Shown here one piece after another: positions 22,073-34,339 of a stretch of 64,000 bases of DNA. Numbering within the stretch: the stretch's first letter is position 1; each line of letters begins with the position of its first letter. The translations under genes were made by a program, and so were the position numbers. The stretch is from Antechinus flavipes (Eukaryota). The stretch lies in the NCBI RefSeq assembly GCF_016432865.1, contig NC_067401.1, positions 184,884,001-184,948,000 of the forward strand. Direction: 5' to 3'. The notes beneath the pieces were generated by a model. That model saw only the letters and a program-made list of their open reading frames with translations. It searched no databases and had not been told where the DNA came from.

Positions 22073-25000
22073 ATGCAGGTGTCCATCGCTTGCACTGAGC
22101 AAAACCTCCGCAGCAGGAGCAGTGAGGACCGTCTGTGTGGACCCCGACCTGTCCCTGGGGGAGGGAACGGCAGTGGAGTGACCAGCAGTCACGGAAATCC
22201 TTCAGGGGGAGGGGGAAACGGCCCCAAGGCCCGGACTGTGCCAGTCGCACGACCCCTGGGTCCTGCAGCTGTGACCCACTCGGGGCCCCTACGAGAGAGC
22301 ACCGGCCGAGGCACCAGCATGAAGTACAGGTACTGAAGGAGAGGGCCAGAATAGCCCCTTTTTAGCCATATCCCTGCCCCTGCCTCCACCTCCCTTCGCT
22401 TCAGCGACCCCACCATCTCATGCCTCCCAAGCGTCCTACATTCCATTATTCTAGACTCCTCAAATTTCATCAACAACATTCCAGTTCCTTACTTACATCT
22501 CTGTCTCCATCTCTTTTTCACATTCCCTCTCCTTGGCTTATCTGTTGTTCTCCTTCTCCACCTCCTCATTCTTTTGAGAATCAGAGTAAGTTGTTAAGAT
22601 TCACTGTGTATCTTCTTGTATCTTCCTTTTCACCCCTAAGGCACAAGTACCTCAAAAAAAAAAAAAAAAGTGTCCTGAGATTGGGCTGAGAGGGTTTTTA
22701 AGATTTCCTCATGCTATTCTAGGTCTTCTTTTCTAGGTCTGTTCTCTACCTCTCCCCCCACCCTCCCTAATTGCGGTCCAACCCCTGCATCTCTAGAATT
22801 AGCAGGCTCTCTAAATTCCCTATTATCATTAAAGCAATAATGGTTTTGACCAACAGTTCCCACCCTCCTGACTCTACTTTTTTTTCAGCCAGATGAAATT
22901 ATCCCAATCAAGGGGAAAAAATTTTGGGTCCCCAAGATATCAAGGGGATATGCAAAACTATGGGCAAAGCAAAAGGGGTTTTGGAAGGAGTAGTGAGGAG
23001 GAATTGATACTGTATATAAGATACTGCTAGGAGTCCACAACCCCAGCCCATAGAACATAGAGCTCTTTCCCTCTCCCCCCCTTCCACTGCAGAAAAAATA
23101 GATGGATTTCTTGGTAAATAGCAATGTTCTGATATTGCAAAAAGGATTGTATCCTATTCTGGGATGGGGGTGAGGTTATTAATCTGATAGGGTTTGGTCA
23201 CCCAAGGAATCAGATATCTCACCACATTCTGCCCCCCACTCCTATCCTTTCTCATTCTCTGCGAGTTAAATAACTGAAACTTTGGTGGGAGGGGGAGGAG
23301 GTTCAAATGGATTTCGAAAGGAGTTTCATTAGCCAATAGGAATAGGGAGGTGGAGAACCATGAGAAGAAGGGCTTGGCTTCCTTGTTTCTTGTTCCCTTT
23401 GCTATACCGATCTTGATGATTTAATAAAGATTCCTTCTGATAGACAACTATCTGCCTAAGGGATTGAAGGGGATTAATCATTTATCAACTTTATATCCAC
23501 CTTTCACAAGCATTTAGGGGAAGATCCCAGGGGTCTTTATTTTTCACCAACCAAAACCTCAATTTGCTGATTAATTTTCTGGAGAAAGCTCACCCTCCCT
23601 GGGCCCTATTGTTACCTCTCCCCCTCCACATTAACAGTCCTTTCAGCCTTCCCCAATCTAAAATACTCTCACAAACTAATACTGATCACATGCTATACAG
23701 GGAAAACCATGAATATGACTGTGAAGAGAAACATGAGTCAAGAGAAATCAGGTAGCAGATTTTACCGAAAGCAGAGAAAATAGAAATTGCACAGCAGGCG
23801 CCAAAGGAAGATCAATTCATTCATTCAACAAATATTTGATTGTCAACAGTCTACACTGATATCACTGTGTTTCCCTCAGAGTAGAATTTGCCTGAGGTTT
23901 TGAAATGGGGGAATAGGATATGGGGTGGAGAAACACATTCAGGGAGGTAAAGAGCCAGAAAGCTTATTATTTAGATCTTCAAGGGGAACTGAAGGTGAAA
24001 ATCCTTCTTTTGGATCCTCTTTTATCCAACAGGAATTTGGGAAAGTCTGGTCTTCGAGTATCCTGTCTTGGCCTTGGTGAGTCTAATGAGAAATGAAAGA
24101 ATGAGGAGGCTGCAAGGGTAAAGATTTTCAGATGCCTTGTCTCTCACAGCCCCATGTCCCTGGATTTTCTTTCTGCAGGTACCTGGGTCACATTTGGGTC
24201 TCAGATCTCAGATGAGGTATAAATATTTCTGACACCAAAAGATAGTTGGGAATACTGGGAGGGTTATAGAGAATAGAGGGAGAAAAGTGAGAGAAATAGA
24301 TGGGGAAATAGGTGGATTGTGGAAGGGTGGGTAGAGAAGAGATTATAAGGGAATTGAGAAACAAGGTGGGGGGAAGTTGGGAAAAGGGAAAGGTGGAAAA
24401 GATATGAGGGGGGGCAGGTATGGAATAATGGTATTATATTTGAAGACCCATAACACTTAAAGTCTGTTGGGATTTGGAGGGTTAAGAAAGGTGAGAAAAC
24501 CAATGGAAAGGTAAATAGTCTTAACTCTACCCCAACATACTCATTCCTAGATAGCAGAGAATCTGATGACTGTGGCATATGAGCATGGAGTAAATCTGTT
24601 TGACACAGCTGAGGTGTATGCAGCAGGAAAGTATGAACCAGGGAAAAGGGGAAGGGCATGAGTTAAATTAGTGAGGGGAAGGTTGGGAATGGAGAGGAAA
24701 AGCAGGTGTCTCATCTTTGCTTCAGGTAATCTCTGGCTCCAGTAAACTTGTTCTTCTCCTATCATGTTGGGTCATTGAAGGGATTCCAAAATATGGATGT
24801 TGAAACCCCAAAAGTATTTTCTCTTTAAATATTAAGTGTGAACAAACAAAAATGTAGGCAAAGTAAAATAAAAATGTGTATTTATTGAGTACCAACTATG
24901 TGAGGCCAACAAGGAGGCACCATGGGGGCTTCAACTATATATATATATATATACCCCCATGGTGCCTCCTTGTTGGCCTCACATAGTTGGTTGATATATA

Positions 25001-28000
25001 TATATATCCCTGCCCTCGAAAAGTTTACAATCCCATTGGAGATTAAAAATTTAGTTAACAAGATGTATAAACTGTAAATGCCCGCAATAAAAGGAATGTT
25101 ACAAGACAGTGTATTTCTAAATGATTATAAAGATAGAAGACAAAGGAGGAGCTAGGATTCAAACCTATTAAGTAAGATGCTTACTTAGCTGCATGACCCT
25201 AGTCAAAGCATTTAACCACCAAATCTGTTTCCTTGTTTGAAAAATAGGAATAATACTTGCACTACCTACTTTATAGGGCTGTTCTGGGGAGGGAAATTGT
25301 ACACTTTTAAAGTGCCATGCAAATATGAGTTGTATATTATTCTAAAGTTGAAAGGCATTCAAAATGAGATGGTCAAAGAATACTGCAAAGGAAATGGAAG
25401 AATGGGTTAGGGCAAATAAAAAAAAAAAAATGCTATATTTTTGTTCCTACCAGACTACAGAGCTACAACTCCCTAGAACAAGTTCTTTGTTCTTTTCAAT
25501 GTAATATAGGACCTAGGGAATAATAAGTGTTCTTCGTACTCTATTAGAACAAGTAGTGGAGGTCGTAGGGGGCTATCACTAGAAAAGAGAGCCCCTTGCT
25601 CCCTGTTATTTCCCCTTTTCTAGGGCAGAACGAACACTGGGCAATATCCTTAAGAGCAAGGGTTGGAGGTGAGGCTGGGATTTTGGGTACAAGGCAGAGA
25701 ATATTTGGGTGGGGAGGTTACAGTGACCTTATTCCTGCTGACCCCACCCCCACTTCCTTTTTTTTTTTTTTAAGGAGATCCAGCTATATCATCACTACCA
25801 AAATCTTTTGGGGAGGACAGTGAGTATCCCCTTTCCCTATAACCTTCATTAGGGATGACGTTTTGAAGTGGAGACATGATAGCTACCCAAATATTTGAAA
25901 AGGCTGTCATGAAGAAAACCTTATTCATTTTATTGCAAGTAAGGGGAAAAGAAGCAATGGGTAAAGTTTACAGATGCAAATTTAAGCTCAATACTGAGAA
26001 TTGTTCAAAAATGATAGAAATAGTGGATTTTCCTTCACCTGAGATTTTCAAGCAGAGACTTTTGAGATGTAATCTCTTGAGTGCAAAGGACTATTTGATT
26101 TTTGTTTCCATATCCCAAGTACCTACCACATAGTAGGTGCTTAAGAAATGCCTGTTGATTGATTTATCATTGTGAAAAGGATTCTTGGACTCTGAAGTTC
26201 TTTCCAAAGAACGATCCTCATACTTATCACTCTAGCTGAGTCCTTAATAGGGAGATATGGGGATACACTGAATTGTAATTCTTATCACCTATCTTTAGCA
26301 CCATTCAGTGTAAACTCAATTTTTTCCACAGGGCAGAGACAGAAAAAGGCTTGAGCCGAAAACACATCATTGAGGGTAAGGGACTAGGAATGTTGAGTGG
26401 GGAAGGGGATTAAAGAATGTTGTGGGGGAGGGGAATGGTGGTAAATCAAGAAAATACAGGTCAGCAAATTAAGAAGCTGGGGTAGAGGAAAGGGTGTCAT
26501 AGCAGAGTGGATGAAATATGCATCCTGAACTTCAAGAGGCAGAATATTAGGGAGCTGGAACACAGGGGGCCATTATCTGAAAGAATTGGGTCACTTATCT
26601 TCTCTTCCCCCTCCCCCAGGCTTGTGGGGCTCCTTGGAACGGCTTCAACTGGGATATGTAGATATAGTCTTCGCCAATCGCTGGGATCCCAACAGTCCTA
26701 TGGAGGGTGAAAATAACCCCAAGAATGCTAAACTTACAAGATGTCCGTAAACCCGGGGATCACCTCCCCAGCTCTAGTATACTAACCCCAGAATTTTCCA
26801 ACCCAGGGACCTCAAGGTGCTCCTATGTTTCCCATATTCCCCATCAGGGATTTCAGAAGAGGGCAAAGGAAAGGAGGGTAGGGGAAAACTGGGACTAACC
26901 TTTCAACATCACATAGAAATACCTAGGTTTTTAGAGGGAAATGGCTGTAGAGAAGAGTATTTATCCATCTGGGAGACTGAATGCCTTGAATTCCAGTGAT
27001 CTAACTGTCAGGATTTCATCATCCTCACACATCTAGAGATTGTCCGGGCCATGACTTTTGTCATTAATCAGGGACTGGCACTATATTGGGGGACATCTCG
27101 CTGGGGAGCTGCAGAAATCATGGCAAGTACCTTCCCATTATATATTTCCTTAAAAACATTACAACTTCTAATTCACAGAATACATACTTACCATGTACTT
27201 GGGTTGAGGGGAGATATGGACTGAAAGATTTGGAGTATTCTGATGCCTGCTTCTAATCTAGGAGGCCTATTCAGTGGCACGACAATTCAACTTGATTCCC
27301 CCTGCATGTGAACAAGCTGAGTATCACCTGTTTCAGAAGGATAAGATGGAAACACAGCTGCCTGAGCTCTACCACAAGATAGGTTAGAGACTATTCTCCT
27401 TACCCTGCCTGACATCTCTAGCCTTAGCTTCCCTAGTCCTTCTCCTCCACACATATTATCTCTTTATTCTATACGCTCTTCTTTATATTCCTCCCTTCTG
27501 TCAGCCATTAAAATTGGTCCACATTGTTTCCCTATCCCTTTTTCCCATAATCTTTCCTGCTGCCCTCAGGTGTTGGATCAGTGACTTGGTCCCCTTTAGC
27601 CTATGGTGTCATAACTAGCAAGAACGAAGGAAGAATCCCAGAGACCTGCCGGGGTACCATCAAGGTAAGACACTCTTAGAACTTCCATTCCATGGCACCT
27701 GAAGAGAGCAAAGTTTGGGAATTTTCAGCTACCTTAGCTACTTGGGAAGGAAAAAGATGAATCTGAAGATTATTCTCAGCTTCCTTCTCTCTCCTCCCCT
27801 CTTTACCTCCCTTTCTCTTCCAGAGCTACCAGTGGCTTAAGGACAAAGTACAGAGTGAAGATGGCAAGAAGCAACAGGTCAAGGTCATGGATCTGCTCCC
27901 CATTGCTCATCAACTAGGCTGCACAGTGGCTCAGCTTTCTATTGGTGAAGAGACATTGCTGTCAGAACCAAAAACTATAAAAGGAGTCTCTCTTCCTACA

Positions 28001-29054
28001 AACCCTCAACCCATAACCCAAAATAGACTAGCCTGTGTTAGACATTTTCCTCATGCAATTCTCAAAATCATAGTTGAAAGAGGAGAAAAAACCAAAAATG
28101 ATATTTTCCTTGCCTTCAAACAGTTTATCATAAATCAGAGGATTTTATTTAGTTTGGGATGGGGAGAAAAGAAACATGGAAATGTAATTATAATGGCTAA
28201 ATTTAAGTACCATTTTAAGATTTAAAAATAGTTTTACCCAAATTATCTCATTTGGTCCTTACAAGAAATGCTTTATCTACTTTCTATTTTGGTTAAGTTA
28301 GATTTCATTCTTTTAGGGAACTTTTGATATGGAAACTCTCCACCTATGCAGATGGGCACCTGGTCTGTAAAGTTCTAATAGTAGTGAGTTGCATGAGATG
28401 CTGAGAAACAGGATTTTAATCTAAGTTTTCCTAATACTAAGGCTAGCTAGGACCTTATTCTTCACCTGAGCCCTCAACTATATTAGTTTATATAGTTTGG
28501 GGGTGAGAGGAACCAAACTTGTGATTTCTGGAGGATTTGTAGCTAGGTATACCCCTCCCTCCACCTAAACCCACTTGTTAGTACGCTGAAATTTAATATT
28601 GGATTACTGCATATGATGACCTAAATCAGAAAATGTTTAGGTGCCCAAGAAAAGGTTCCATTGATGGGGATGTCTAGGCCCTTACTCTTCTCTCTCTTTG
28701 GCGCTCTTCCCCCTGCCCCTCTTCTTTTCATCCCAGCCTGGTGTCTCCGTAGCGAGGCTGTTAGCTCTGTCCTGCTAGAGGTGTCCAACACAGAACAGCT
28801 GATGGAAAACCTAGGGGCCCTGCAGGTAACTGGGAATGGGAGAAAAAGAGAAGGGGGTGAGACACACTCCATGTTATGTGCTCCGGGGCTTCTGCTTATT
28901 TCTCGCGGCTCTGAGCCCCACTCCCTCCTCTTCATTTTCCCTGGCTTGATTCCTAGTGCCTTCCTTTCTTTCCCAGGTTCTGGCCCAGCTGACACCCCAG
29001 AAAGTGTTGGAGATCGACTGGCTCCTGGGAAACAAACCGCACACCAAAAAATAG
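22073..29054 (+). CDS. KCNAB3: Voltage-gated K+ channel beta-3 subunit (aldo-keto reductase fold), 409 aa. Exons 22073-22329, 24033-24076, 24179-24216, 24551-24630, 25624-25668, 25775-25819, 26332-26375, 26620-26706, 27037-27122, 27262-27382, 27570-27664, 27824-27944, 28737-28825, 28977-29054
   Basis: Exons sum to 1230 nt with no frameshift; N-terminal [21 protein letters not shown] inactivation peptide; [50 protein letters not shown]; one GC donor at 27123. Confidence 0.97.
24891..24991. repeat. Perfect 38-bp inverted repeat with 25-nt (TA)n spacer
   Basis: 24891-24928 is the exact reverse complement of 24954-24991. Confidence 0.97.
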
Positions 29055-31809
29055 TGACAGCCCCACCCCCTCCGGCTAGGCGCAGGCGCATTCGCAGCCA
29101 GCGCTGCCGCTCTTCCCTAACCCGCGCCAGCAGCAGCTCCAGCTCCACACAGCAGCCAGGCGGCCCCAAAAGCAAACTGATGCTTCCCAAACTCCGACGG
29201 GAGGCCCCCGAGGATCCCGCCTACCAAGGAAATCCGGCTACACGCATGATTTTATAAGCCATATTCTGCCACAGCATGGCTGGTTAAGGAAAGTAGTTCG
29301 CCACTTCTCTATCCTCCTGTACAGTCTTTGGCGTCTCTTCCTAACATATAAGCTTCTCCCGGGCATGAGTTGGGGGAGGGAGGAGTATCCCTTTTCTGCC
29401 CCATCCTGCACTTTTCCTCCTTTTCCCCCGCCCCTCACCCCCAAAACTGCACAGAGGCCTTGAAAAAACCCTTCCTCAGATAATGAAGATTGCATGACGT
29501 CACCCGAGATCGGAAGAGTTCGGCTGGCCGTACAAAAGCCAACATAGAATGGTTTCCAGAGAAGGGAACTCGGGGGAAATAGACAAGTCCTTGTGCTGGG
29601 AAGTGAACGCGGTCACTTGACTTGTCCAGAGATCCCAAACTGTATTGTGGTGGTGCCATCACATTGAGACACCATTAGAGCTGGTCACAGGAAGTCGTCA
29701 AAAGACATCGAGAAAGCCAGTCCCTCCCTTCCGGAACAGAGCCGGTCTCCTTCAGATATGAATTTATGCACTGCCTTGTGGGGATATACAGGAGTCAGGC
29801 CTACAGACTTGGGAGGTGGAATAGGGCAGGAAGTGGGCGACGATGATGTCACATGGGGTACAGGTGGAAACTGACATGGTAAACATGGCATCCTTTCACA
29901 CTCACACTGAGGAGTGGGACTCTCATAGAATGGCCCCCAAGTGATGGGTTTCCAGAAATGGAAAGTGCTGCTTGAGTATCAGCAGTCACAAACCTACCTT
30001 TACCTCCTCGCAGTAATCCTAAAGCAATAATAATGGGCCTTCCCAGGGAAAATAAAGACTTAGCTTCTTCCTTTCAGAGTCTTTGAGGGAAAGGGGGGGG
30101 GAAAGTCCCAGTTCTCAAGCACCTAAGCCTGATATCCATAGGTTCTCTTTTCCAATCTTTCTGGGGGCTCTGACATGCTATGACATTTCTTGGTTTTCCT
30201 TACCATTGAAACTTCAAGGACCCCTATAGACCCTTTTTATCAAAGGCCCAGAGTGACACACCAGTTCCAGGTCCTTCGCAAATCTTTGTCCTTGTATTTC
30301 TCAGGGAGTCAGACATCTGGTTCTATAGGCACATATAATTCAGAGGCAGAAAGGATCATCTTCATTGTTCCATCTTTTCACCCCTTTACATTTTGACATA
30401 GCTACATTTGATAGCCAAAAAACTTCTCTCCCATCTTTTGTCCTTTCCCCGATAACACTGGCCATAGAATCATAAGTCTAATGCTGGAAGGGATATCAAA
30501 AACTATGTTAGAGATCCCTCATTTTATGAGAAATTAGCCCTAAGAAGACTAAATGATTGGGCCAAGGCAACATAGCTAATAAGGTTGATAGTTCTTATTC
30601 TCCAATTTCAACATTCTTTCCACTGTATCACACAGTCTCCTCTGTACCACAACTTCTAGCTCCCATGTTTTTTCCTCTTCTACCTTTTATTGTTTTTTTT
30701 TGTGCCACCTTTCCTGAAAATAACTCATTTATGTAATGCTTTTAAGATTTGCAAAGTATGTTACCTGCATTATTTTATTTAATCTTCCTACCAAAACTAT
30801 GAAGTATGTGAGGATGAGGGAACAGGCTAAGGGAGATTAAGTAGTAGGTCACAGAGCAGGATTCAAACCCGAATTTAATGCTCTTTTCAATATGCACTCT
30901 TCCTACTAACCTTTCTAATTATAAATGTTCTTCAATGCTAAGTCCTAGGCACTGTTTTCTTGAGTCCCTTTTTCCTTTCTACATTCCCTCCCTCAGATAC
31001 TATAGAATGATTATAGAAATTAAATCTTGAAAGGGGTCTTAGATAAAATCTAGACCATTATGACCCCTCCTTATTTTGGAGATAAGGAGCCGAGACCCCA
31101 AGATTCTTGCATTCCAAGATCCTGACCACACACAAGTATTCATTCTTTCTCTCCTTCTGAAGAGGTAATACTGAACTCTAGATTTGGAGTCAGAGGGCCC
31201 ATATTTGAGTAGTGTCCATATTACTCAATTGTTCAAATAATTCCTGTTTTGAAGTCTCAGGTTTATCTACAAAGCAAGGGAATTAGATAGGATGATTTTC
31301 AGGCTCCAAGTCCTATGATCCCATCCTGTACCACTGACTTAACTATAAGATTCTGGGCAAATCACTTTATCTTCATCTGAAAAATGATCCTTGGTTCTAA
31401 TAATCTCTAATTAGCTTTGAGCTACAAATATAGTGATAAGAGTTTTATACCCTTTCCCTCTGTGGGATTCAGTATCCATTTCTTCTAAGAGTTGGAGTTA
31501 AAGATCCAAAGTACTCTTGAAGCCCTCAGAATATTGCTGAGCCTGAGGTAGTTTGGGTGGGAACGAGGGGCTGGGGAGAGGAGAAGATGTTGGAAAATAA
31601 CCAGTAACAAGTGAAGTGAAAGATCTGAAATTCATGACATATGAATGAAAAAACCTTGCTTTAATGTTGCAAGGTACACTGCAGGTATGCCATGCTGCTA
31701 GTTATTAGGGTACAAAATACCCCACTCATTAACCCAAAAGGCTAGGGAGACGCACCAATTCATACCTTCACAGCATGTATCACTGGTATTATTTACAATT
31801 TACAATTGG

Positions 31810-32165
31810 TTGAAGAAGGTAGACTTAGAAGACATGGGGGAAGGGTTGCATGATAACTATCTTCAAGTTATTTAAAGGATTGTTACTTTGGATGATGATT
31901 GTTACTTATTCTGCTTAGTCCCACAGGACAGAAATCAGAAAAAGGGGTAGAGGTTGCAAAGACACAGATTTAGGCTTAATACCCACTAATGTTAGAAAAA
32001 AGTTCTAATAATTATAGCTAGTCAAAAATGATTTTCTTGGGAAGAAGTGGAGTCCTTGATACTGGAAGTCTTCAATCAAAAATTGATTTTAGCTATATTG
32101 TAGAGAAAATTTTTGTTCAGTTACAGGTTGTGATATATAGCTTCTAAGAGCCCTTCAGACTAAAT
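31810..32165 (+). mobile_element. L3/CR1 LINE 3' fragment
   Basis: atgataactatcttcaagttatttaaagg...acagatttaggc...tccttgatactggaagtcttcaa. Confidence 0.6.
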
Positions 32166-32559
32166 TTTTGTAGCACAAAAAGATGAAAAGCAACTTGTGC
32201 AAGCTCATACATGTAACAAGTAACAGAATCAGGATTTTAATCTGTCTTTTGATACTAAATTTAAAATTATTTCCACCATCCCACCAAGTCTTTATTCTTC
32301 CTCCTTTTTTTATTCCTCCTCCTCCTACAATGGTCTATTCCAAAGGGCTAGGTGTAGTTTACAAACAGTTTTATCATATTAGGATGGATTAAACTAATCC
32401 TCATCTCTGTGGATCTGAGCAAGAAGAACACAAGATTCAGGTACAGAGACAGACTGAAGCAGAATAGAAATATTCAGAGAGATGGTCCCTCAAAGATAAC
32501 AGAAAATGAAATGGGTAGAAATACTGGATTAAGGTGAATGCGGAGATCCATGAAGATGT

Positions 32560-32760
32560 TCTTGTTCAATTGTTTTCAGTCATGTCTGACTCTGTGACAC
32601 CATTTGGAGTTTTCTTGGCAAGAATACTGGAGTGGTTTGCCATTTCCTTTCCTAGCTTGTTTTACAGATGAGGAAATTAAGGCAAACAGAGTTAAGTAGT
32701 TTGTCCAGAGACACGTAGTAAGTGTGTGAGGCTAGATTTGAACTCAGGAAGATAAGTAAA
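32560..32760 (-). mobile_element. MAR1-like SINE
   Basis: gttttcttggcaagaatactggagtggtttgccatttcctt...acagatgaggaaattaaggc. Confidence 0.65.
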
Positions 32761-32820
32761 TGAATAAAGATTTGCTAAGGTCCCTCAAGAGTGTTAAATC
32801 ACTAGGGATATAGAAAATAG

Positions 32821-32953
32821 CAGCTAGGTGGCACAGTGGATAGAGCACCAGCCCTGAGGTCAGGAGGACCTGAGTTCAAATCTTAACACTTCCTAGCTGT
32901 GTGACTCTGGGCAAGTCACTTAACTCCAACTGCCTCAGCCAAAATAAATAAAT
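32821..32953 (+). mobile_element. WSINE1-like SINE
   Basis: cagctaggtggcacagtggatagagcaccagccctg...gagttcaaat...ctgcctcagccaaaataaataaata. Confidence 0.85.
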
Positions 32954-34339
32954 ACTGATTGCTTAGCTAGAAAACTATACTGACATTCCAATCCCTGGTT
33001 ATTCCTAGCAGCCATCTCCTATTCATCTTGGGTGTCTCACTGTAAGGACATAAAGCACATCGAGAGCAATTTTTCTAAGTTAATATCCTAGAGCTCATCT
33101 GTCTACATGAATGTTGTTACATTCAAAGTGTTCTATTGAGAAGCTATACATATTTATTTTAATGATGCTGTCATAGCTCAGGGAATTCCTGGAATGCTTT
33201 TTGGTAATCACCTGGGCCAATTTATGGCATATATGAATAATCAAACTCAGCTCCCATTCCAGGCAAACAACATTTCCTGGCTTGATCACATACTTTTCTT
33301 GGCTTTAACTGACTGTTGGGCATTTCCAAAATTTTGATTCAAGAGGATATATTTGCTAATACTAAGGATGGTCACAAAATTGTTGAAGGTTCTGGATCTG
33401 AAAAGGAAAAGGACATTAGAGATTACTTAGTCCATTTTAATGACCAGGAAACCGAGTCTCAAACAGATAAATTGTAGGAATGCTTTAAACAACTAGGATA
33501 CATATGGTATTCCAAGATGACAATTTTGAAGGAGACAGTACTTACTTACACATATAACTTCTGGCTTGGTTTATCTAAAACTATCTCATTACCGTTATAG
33601 CCATATCTCATATTAGAAATAATCCTTGCTCTCTAAGAATTAACAGGTTAATTGGGAAGAAGATTTACACATATGACACTTTGTTGACTCTCATGTGATA
33701 CTTGGGGCACTCTAGTAATGGTGTGCCATCTTCCTGAAGATGGAAGGCAGAGGATGACTGCAAGTCTTTGAATCATTATCCATCAAGTGGCTGTAATATC
33801 TGAATTACCCACCAGGAAGTGTATCTCTTGATACACTTGCCCAATTTCTGTCTCAATTCTTTAGTGAGTTATGTGGGAACAGGCCCCTAAAAGGTAGCAG
33901 TGTTCTGCCTGGTCACTACCAGAAACTATTTAAGCTTAACTCAGGCATGTTACTCAACAATATTTTATTGCTCACAATATCAAAGCTCTAAAATCCACTT
34001 CTCTAGAGTCTCTACCTCTACGTAGATTCTTCTATAGTCATAACCCAGGACCACTATTATTCACAAGACTGATATAGTCAAATATCATGCCCTCAAAATT
34101 TGATGGAAATAGCAGAAACAGAAATAAAAAGATAATGCACTCCTGCAAGGGGTCATTTTCCTTTCAGCCATTTCCCAAAGCCTTCTTAAAAATATATTCC
34201 CACATCAAGTATGTCAATATAGCCATCCAAGGATTATTTAGGGAATAAGATGGAGGATGAATCCAAAACAGAGACTGGTTCTCAAGTAGGATTTGAGAGG
34301 CAAAATGAATTTCATCAGCCCCATCTACCAAAGGAATCT

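Noticed and set aside
21360-22420. REST/NRSE site for neuronal KCNAB3
   Set aside because: Only half-site-like matches (e.g. ggacagccgcc on the minus strand); no full consensus
33041-33211. Continuation exons of the cryptic chain (SDYQKAFQEFPEL*; DINLEKLLSMCFMSL)
   Set aside because: Weak acceptor or phase mismatch; several frames look equally protein-like, so the pattern is unreliable
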